Below, piece by piece: positions 58,572 to 64,000 of a DNA stretch of 64,000 nt. Position numbers and translations under genes: made by a program. The stretch comes from Candidatus Omnitrophota bacterium. Its GTDB lineage: Bacteria > Omnitrophota > Gorgyraeia > Zapsychrales > Zapsychraceae. Each line of letters opens with the position of its first letter. Position 1 is the stretch's first letter. The notes under the pieces are model-generated. The model was given only the letters and a program-made list of their open reading frames with translations. It did no database searches and had not been told where the DNA came from. The DNA is taken from assembly GCA_023247445.1 (NCBI GenBank), contig JAHFGL010000008.1, forward strand, positions 13,774 through 77,773. Direction: 5' to 3'.

Positions 58572-59564
58572 ATGTATTGGAGAAATAAAAAAGTTCTAGT
58601 GACAGGTGCCGATGGTTTTATCGGAAGCCATTTGGTTGAGGAGTTGTTGGCTCGCGGGGCTAAAGTAAAGGCTTTCGTGTATTATAACGCGTTCAATAGC
58701 TGGGGATGGCTGGATACCTTGCCCGAAGAGTTCATGAAGAAAGTTGAAGTGTTTACCGGTGATGTGCGGGATTCCAATGGGGTTTTAAAGGCGTTTGAAA
58801 AAGCAGATGTTGTTTTCCATTTGGCGGCATTGATTGGAATTCCCTTCAGCTATCACTCACCAGATAGCTATGTCGATACCAATATTAAAGGAACGCTTAA
58901 TATTTTACAGGCGGCTAAGAAAAGCCGCGTGGAAAAAGTGATACACACTTCGACGAGCGAGGTTTATGGAACAGCGCAATACACTCCTATCGATGAATCG
59001 CATCCGATTAACCCGCAGTCCCCTTACGCGGCGACAAAATCGGCTGCCGATGATCTGGTCTTGTCATTTTACCGATCCTTTGATGTTCCGGTGGCCATCT
59101 TGCGTCCTTTTAATACTTTCGGGCCGCGGCAGTCCGCGAGAGCGGTTATTCCCACTATTTTATCCCAAATATGCGCGGGCCATAAAGTGATTAGACTTGG
59201 TAATCTGAAAGCTACGCGGGATTTTAATTATGTTAGCGATACTGTTGAAGCTTTCTTGAAAGTCGCTGAAGCTAAACAAACACCGGGTCAAGTTTTTAAC
59301 GCCGGCAGTAATACCGAAATCTCCATTCAAGAACTAGTTGACGTCATTCAAAACATAGCCAAGAGAAAAATAAAAGTGATTACGCAGGACCAGCGTCTTC
59401 GGCCGGAAAAAAGTGAAGTACAGCGGCTGGTTTGTAACGCAGATAAAATCAAGTCGGTCTGCGGCTGGGAAAGTCAAGTTTCTCTTAAAGAAGGGTTAAA
59501 GTTAACCTTGACCTGGATGAAGAAGAATTTACAACGATACAAAACAGGTATTTATAATGTCTAA
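58572..59564 (+). CDS. NAD-dependent sugar-nucleotide 4,6-dehydratase/decarboxylase-type SDR
   Basis: VLVTGADGFIGSHLVEELL and YAATK. 330 aa. Confidence 0.8.
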   Translation: MYWRNKKVLVTGADGFIGSHLVEELLARGAKVKAFVYYNAFNSWGWLDTLPEEFMKKVEVFTGDVRDSNGVLKAFEKADVVFHLAALIGIPFSYHSPDSYVDTNIKGTLNILQAAKKSRVEKVIHTSTSEVYGTAQYTPIDESHPINPQSPYAATKSAADDLVLSFYRSFDVPVAILRPFNTFGPRQSARAVIPTILSQICAGHKVIRLGNLKATRDFNYVSDTVEAFLKVAEAKQTPGQVFNAGSNTEISIQELVDVIQNIAKRKIKVITQDQRLRPEKSEVQRLVCNADKIKSVCGWESQVSLKEGLKLTLTWMKKNLQRYKTGIYNV

Positions 59565-60273
59565 AATCCAAGCGGTTATACTCGCTGGAGGAAAAGGCTC
59601 ACGGCTAAGACCATATACGACCATCTTACCTAAACCTTTAATGCCGTTAGGGGGATTCCCCATCGCCGAGATAATCATCCGGCGGTTACGGCGGTTTGGT
59701 ATTACGAATATTGTTATCTCGACGGGTCATCTAGCTGAACTGATTGAGGCTTTTTTTGGCAGCGGGAAAAAGTGGGGTGTCAAAATTAGCTATATTCGTG
59801 AGGATACGCCTCGAGGAACGGCCGGGGCACTGCGGTTAGTGAAAAATCCGGAAAAAGATTTTCTGGTTATTAATGGAGACATATTGACGGACATATCTTT
59901 TAGCGAGTTACTTAAATTCCATAAAATTAAAGATAATATCGCGACCATTACCATTAAAGAACGCAAGGTTTTGACTGATTTCGGGGTTATTGAAACAAAC
60001 GCCCTCGGGGAGCTCACCGACTACATTGAGAAGCCGGAGCATAAGTCTTTTGTCAGCACCGGAATTTATATTTTCAATACAAGATGCCTGGAATACATCA
60101 GGCCAAACGAATCGGTTGGCATGCCCAAATTAATGTTAAGGATGAAAAACGCGGGTGAAACCATCAGCTGTTTTCCCACAAATTCGTTATGGCTTGATCT
60201 AGGAAGATTAGATGATTTCGAAGAGGCCCAGGCAATATTTACCAAGCACCAAAAGAGATTTCTCGTTGAATAA
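59557..60273 (+). CDS. Sugar-1-phosphate nucleotidyltransferase
   Basis: ILAGGKGSRLRPYTTILPKPLMP. 238 aa. Confidence 0.75.
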   Translation: MSKIQAVILAGGKGSRLRPYTTILPKPLMPLGGFPIAEIIIRRLRRFGITNIVISTGHLAELIEAFFGSGKKWGVKISYIREDTPRGTAGALRLVKNPEKDFLVINGDILTDISFSELLKFHKIKDNIATITIKERKVLTDFGVIETNALGELTDYIEKPEHKSFVSTGIYIFNTRCLEYIRPNESVGMPKLMLRMKNAGETISCFPTNSLWLDLGRLDDFEEAQAIFTKHQKRFLVE

Positions 60274-61198
60274 ATTGAAAGTTCTTATTACTGGGATCAG
60301 TGGTTTTTTAGGCTGCGCGCTATGGCGGTATTTTGAGCGCAGCAAATTTAATGTCCAAGTCTATGGACTGGATAAAGCGATCAAGAATGATACACGTAAG
60401 CTGTTCGGCTGTGACTTGGCGAAAAAAAGTAAACTCCGCCCCATTCTTCACTCTATTAAGCCAGATTTTATTTTTCATTTGGCTGGCGGCCGTATGCCCA
60501 ACTATAAAGCCTTATTTCAATCCAACTATTTGACAACCAAATGTTTACTGGAAACAATTATGGAAATCAGGCACTATAGTCCAAGAGTTGTCATCCCCGG
60601 TTCAGCGGTAGAATATGGACCTAGTCGCGGGAGCCGAAGAAGAATGAAGGAAACGGATATCCCTGCTCCAGAGACGACCTACGGGAGAATTAAACTTAAA
60701 CAGACTCATTTAGGACTGCGGTTTGCGAAGCAGGGAGCCGATGTAATAATTGCCAGAATTTTTAACGTAATGGGAGAGGGGACACCATCGGCTTTAGCCA
60801 TAGGCCAATTCGCCAAGCAGATTGTGATGATAGAACAGGGATGTAAAGAAAAGATAATATATACAAAAAATCTAGAAGGCAAAAGAGATTTTCTAGATGT
60901 TGATGATATCTCTGCGGCGCTTTGGGCTGTTGCGCGCTATGGTCAGTCAGGTGAGATTTATAATGTATGCTCCGGACGGCCATTTGAAATCAGAAAGGCA
61001 TTAAAGAAGCTTTTGTCTTTTTCGCGGGTAAAAAAGACCCTTGTTGTAGAAAATAAAAATAGTGGTTCATCAAGTTTTGATGTCATCGGGTCCAACGCGA
61101 AATTAAGGTCTATATCCGGATGGGTTCCCCAAGTTACTCTAGAACGCAGCTTGATCAACACCTTACACTGGTACCAAAATCAGAAAAATATCAATTAA
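60266..61198 (+). CDS. NAD-dependent epimerase/reductase (SDR)
   Basis: KVLITGISGFLGCAL. Start uncertain: TTG 60266 or 60275, or track ATG 60212. Confidence 0.65.
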   Translation: MNKLKVLITGISGFLGCALWRYFERSKFNVQVYGLDKAIKNDTRKLFGCDLAKKSKLRPILHSIKPDFIFHLAGGRMPNYKALFQSNYLTTKCLLETIMEIRHYSPRVVIPGSAVEYGPSRGSRRRMKETDIPAPETTYGRIKLKQTHLGLRFAKQGADVIIARIFNVMGEGTPSALAIGQFAKQIVMIEQGCKEKIIYTKNLEGKRDFLDVDDISAALWAVARYGQSGEIYNVCSGRPFEIRKALKKLLSFSRVKKTLVVENKNSGSSSFDVIGSNAKLRSISGWVPQVTLERSLINTLHWYQNQKNIN

Positions 61199-61202
61199 TA
61201 CA

Positions 61203-62429
61203 ATGCGAATATTAATCTGTCACAATTATTATAAAGTTCCGGGAGGGGAGGATAGTGTTGTTGAAGCGGAATATTCTCTTTTAAAGGATTTTGGCCACGA
61301 AGTTATTTTGTATAAACGCAGCAATACTGAATTGGATTCTTGTTCCCCAGCAGGTAAACTTAAGCATTTATTTAGCCTGGGATGGTCTTCCCAGACCCAC
61401 AAAGATATAAAGGCTTTGATTGAAAAGTTTAAGCCCGATGTAGCACATTTTCATAATATTTTTTATGTGATCACTCCGGCGGCGTATTTCGCCTGCAAAG
61501 AGCAAGGCGTCAGCGTTGTTCAAAGTCAGCATAATTTTAGGTTATCCTGTTCCAACGGCCTTTTTTACAGAAAAAATAGAGTTTGTGAGGATTGTTTAAA
61601 AAAATCGTTGTGGGAAGGGGTTTATCATGGTTGCTATAGAAATTCGTGTGTCCTAACTACTTTTATCGCTGGTATGCTGATGGACCACTGGAAAAAAGGG
61701 ACGTGGCAAAAAATGGTTGATGTTTATGTTACGGCTTCCCAGTTCGGCCGGCAGAAATTGGCTATGGCTGGTATTCCCGCGGATAAAATTGTTGTAAAAC
61801 CAAATTTTGTTTATCCAGATCCTGGAATGCGTGAAAGATTGCAGACCAAAGGGTATGCTCTTTATGTGGGTCGTTTGAGTCCAGAGAAGGGTGTTAAAGT
61901 CCTCATAGAAGCATGGCGATCTATACCTAATTTTACGCTTCGCGTCATCGGCGTCGGGCCGTTATCGGATTTTTTGAAGTCTTATGTTAAGCAGCATAAC
62001 ATTTCCAATGTGGAATTTCGTGGGTATGTTAATCACGAGGAATATGATAAGAGTATGCGGCAAGCCGCTTTTTTGATTGTGCCATCATTGGCCTACGAGA
62101 ATTTTCCCAGAGTGGTCGCTGAAGCCTTCGCTTATGGGGTTCCGGTCTTGGCAAGCCGTTTAGGGAGCTTGGAGGAAATTATTAAAGAAGAGGAGATGGG
62201 TTTATTGTCTGCACCTGGAGATATTTCGGAACTTAGCCAAAAAATTCATTGGATGATAACACATGAAGATGAATTATTGAAAATTTCTGCCAATGTCCGT
62301 CGGTTGTATGAAGAAAAATATACGGCAAAGAAGAATTATGAATGTTTGGTCAACATATATAACAAAGCTATGGGGCATCGGCAGAATAGCTGTGAGTCAT
62401 TAAGCTGCTTAGGAGGAGCGGATCAATGA
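61203..62429 (+). CDS. Family 4 (GT-B) glycosyltransferase
   Basis: MRILICHNYYKVPGGEDSVV, and the C-terminal EXFP-like region NFPRVVAEAFAYGVPV. Confidence 0.7.
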   Translation: MRILICHNYYKVPGGEDSVVEAEYSLLKDFGHEVILYKRSNTELDSCSPAGKLKHLFSLGWSSQTHKDIKALIEKFKPDVAHFHNIFYVITPAAYFACKEQGVSVVQSQHNFRLSCSNGLFYRKNRVCEDCLKKSLWEGVYHGCYRNSCVLTTFIAGMLMDHWKKGTWQKMVDVYVTASQFGRQKLAMAGIPADKIVVKPNFVYPDPGMRERLQTKGYALYVGRLSPEKGVKVLIEAWRSIPNFTLRVIGVGPLSDFLKSYVKQHNISNVEFRGYVNHEEYDKSMRQAAFLIVPSLAYENFPRVVAEAFAYGVPVLASRLGSLEEIIKEEEMGLLSAPGDISELSQKIHWMITHEDELLKISANVRRLYEEKYTAKKNYECLVNIYNKAMGHRQNSCESLSCLGGADQ

Positions 62430-63886
62430 AAAGAATAGTTCATTTTTTAAAATCACAAAAAGCCTTTATCATCATTTTTTTGTTGTGTTTTTCCTATTGG
62501 GGTTATCTTTTCGTTAATTCCCAAATGGAAATAAAGTATGACGCCGTGGATTACGAGTATCTCGGTACGGTCATTTATCAACATGGGTGGGGACAATTTT
62601 TCAAACAGGGGCCTAACCGCGAACCTCTCTATCCATGGCTGATTGCTTCTTCAATGAATATTGCTCATGGGCTTGATATTCCCTACCAGCAAGTACAGAA
62701 GTTTTTGCAGATTATAATTTTGTTTATAACACAGCTGATGCTTCTTGCGCTGTTAAAGAAGGCAAAAATCCATAACGCCATCATCGGGGCGACGATTTTG
62801 TATTTTGGTTTTTCTCCAGCCATTGTTAATTCCACCTTTAGTCTTTATTCGGAAATAGCAGCTTATCCGTTTGTTCTTGGTATGATTTATTTTGGATATC
62901 TTTCGTGGAGAGATATCCATGTCGGTACCCTCTCCAAAGTTATGTGGTGGGGGATATTAATTTCTTTATCATTTATGGGCGCGGCATTTGTTAAGGCAAT
63001 ATTCCAATACATTTTTTTAATTTACTTGATTCCTTATGGTTATGTCGTACTATATTCTTTGATTAAAAAGGATAAAGGGGTTTTTGTTAAGGCATTCATC
63101 TTCATTATTGTTTCTAGTTCCATGCTTGTGTCGTCCGTTATTTCTTATCGATTTTTGAATAAATATTATAACGGCACGTTTGATTTTACGAACCGCTATG
63201 ATGTAAATCTCTTCGGCACAATAGCCAAACGAGTGGATCATCTAAGTCCGCAGTTGATGATGGCGCATCTGGCTTCGGTGCCAGGAACGGGGGTCTGCCG
63301 TGCATTCTTTAGCGAGGAGAACTGTAAATATTGTGAGTTTTTTGGCATGGATCAATATAGGGCAGCTATCTTGCCAGAGCTTCTTAGAAACAGGAGTATT
63401 ACAGATGGGGAAGATAGAAAGAGGGCAACGCTGTCCTTTGCTTTTGAGAAAATCAGCGAGAATCCTTTGCAGTATTTTTTTCTCACCGCTATTGAGAGTC
63501 TCAAAATGGCCTTTTGGGAATCAACACAGATAGGGTTCGTCCTTTATCCGCATTTTTTAAAACAACTTTTTAATTCCATGCCGATTAAAAATGGGATTAG
63601 ACTTTTAGTGTCATTGTTAACATATTTTTCTTTATTTTATATTATTGGTCAATTATACCGTTGGAGATCAAAACTTCGCGATTTTAAATCGGATGAGGTT
63701 GCGGGAATTCAGATTGGATTTTTTGTTTTGTTGATCATTGTGCCATTTACGGGTTTTTATGCTTTGTTTCCTATATTAACCCGTTTTGCTTTGCCTATTG
63801 CCGCGCTTTATCTGTTTTGCATCGCTTTTACAGCGCAGGGTCTCACATTCGGGAAAAAATTGCATAAGAAACCCGCGCAGGTATAA
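62426..63886 (+). CDS. GT-C-like membrane glycosyltransferase (ArnT/PMT_2-like)
   Basis: About 11 TM helices. First-loop DAVDYEY...REPLYPWL resembles the PMT/ArnT acidic motif and PPL region. ATGA overlap. Confidence 0.45.
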   Translation: MKRIVHFLKSQKAFIIIFLLCFSYWGYLFVNSQMEIKYDAVDYEYLGTVIYQHGWGQFFKQGPNREPLYPWLIASSMNIAHGLDIPYQQVQKFLQIIILFITQLMLLALLKKAKIHNAIIGATILYFGFSPAIVNSTFSLYSEIAAYPFVLGMIYFGYLSWRDIHVGTLSKVMWWGILISLSFMGAAFVKAIFQYIFLIYLIPYGYVVLYSLIKKDKGVFVKAFIFIIVSSSMLVSSVISYRFLNKYYNGTFDFTNRYDVNLFGTIAKRVDHLSPQLMMAHLASVPGTGVCRAFFSEENCKYCEFFGMDQYRAAILPELLRNRSITDGEDRKRATLSFAFEKISENPLQYFFLTAIESLKMAFWESTQIGFVLYPHFLKQLFNSMPIKNGIRLLVSLLTYFSLFYIIGQLYRWRSKLRDFKSDEVAGIQIGFFVLLIIVPFTGFYALFPILTRFALPIAALYLFCIAFTAQGLTFGKKLHKKPAQV

Positions 63887-63928
63887 TCAGAAGATTTCCC
63901 CTAATAACAAAAGATTAAGGAGCTGAGA

Positions 63929-64000
63929 TTGATTAATATCGGAATTATTGGTTGCGGCCATTGGGGGCCCAATTATATACGCGTCTTTTCTCAATTACCA
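63929..64000 (+). CDS. Gfo/Idh/MocA oxidoreductase, N-terminal fragment (3' end cut by the window edge)
   Basis: TTG start after TAAGGAG. INIGIIGCGHWGPNY Rossmann. Confidence 0.45.
   Translation, partial: MINIGIIGCGHWGPNYIRVFSQLP

Noticed and set aside
9311-61161. Alternative-frame + strand ORFs nested within larger genes (e.g. 9311-9664, 10351-10650, 13228-13428, 14349-14582, 38311-38529, 38590-38892, 51430-51753, 60333-60533)
   Set aside because: They are embedded out of frame in well-supported coding sequences, and nothing supports independent translation.
526-63241. All minus-strand ORFs in the six-frame track (e.g. 526-798, 15036-15440, 15388-15801, 27553-27981, 32941-33333, 38805-39101)
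   Set aside because: Each lies entirely inside a + strand gene that has strong family-level motif support. They have no RBS and unremarkable amino-acid composition, so they are antisense artefacts.
1-64000. Search for CRISPR arrays, tRNA/rRNA genes, insertion sequences, integrases and terminator hairpins
   Set aside because: Coding density is about 99% with no repeat-spacer periodicity. No transposase or integrase-like ORF is present. The few short gaps (e.g. 7894-7935, 36475-36511, 52770-52816) show RBSs but no stable GC-rich stem plus T-tract.

Overview
The window is one uninterrupted array of about 60 genes, all on the + strand, tightly packed or overlapping (ATGA, TAATG and GTGA stop/start junctions). 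Together they look like a very large surface-glycan biosynthesis supercluster (O-antigen, capsule or protein-glycosylation type). Recognisable modules are as follows.

(i) A sialic-acid-like (nonulosonic acid) module: two NeuB-family synthases, NeuC (hydrolysing UDP-GlcNAc 2-epimerase), a KdsC-like phosphatase and a NeuA-like CMP-transferase. Two more KdsB/NeuA-family cytidylyltransferases lie elsewhere in the window.

(ii) A heptose-nucleotide module: a GmhA-like sedoheptulose-7-P isomerase and a bifunctional HldE-like enzyme whose nucleotidyltransferase and kinase domains are in reversed order.

(iii) A CDP-6-deoxyhexose module: RfbF, RfbG, a cupin epimerase and a reductase.

(iv) Many SDR epimerase/dehydratases, two tandem DegT aminotransferases and at least four Gfo/Idh/MocA oxidoreductases.

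(v) Decorating enzymes: a carbamoyltransferase, a sulfotransferase-like protein, an FkbM methyltransferase, and a HisC-like aminotransferase with an IMPase-family phosphatase and a D-2-hydroxyacid dehydrogenase.

(vi) Four radical SAM enzymes, three of them with N-terminal B12-binding domains.

(vii) Two separate split transketolase pairs.

(viii) GT2/GT4 glycosyltransferases, several uncharacterised TagF/KpsS-like GT-B proteins and an MptE/Maf-like (DUF115) protein.

(ix) An MsbA-type ABC exporter, a Wzy/WaaL-like membrane protein and two GT-C-like membrane proteins.

No rRNA, tRNA, CRISPR or mobile elements were seen. The only sizeable intergenic gap (50949..51134) carries a near-consensus sigma70-type promoter. 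All minus-strand ORFs in the track sit inside well-supported + strand genes and are judged spurious. All functional calls come from motif recognition by eye and need HMM or BLAST confirmation.
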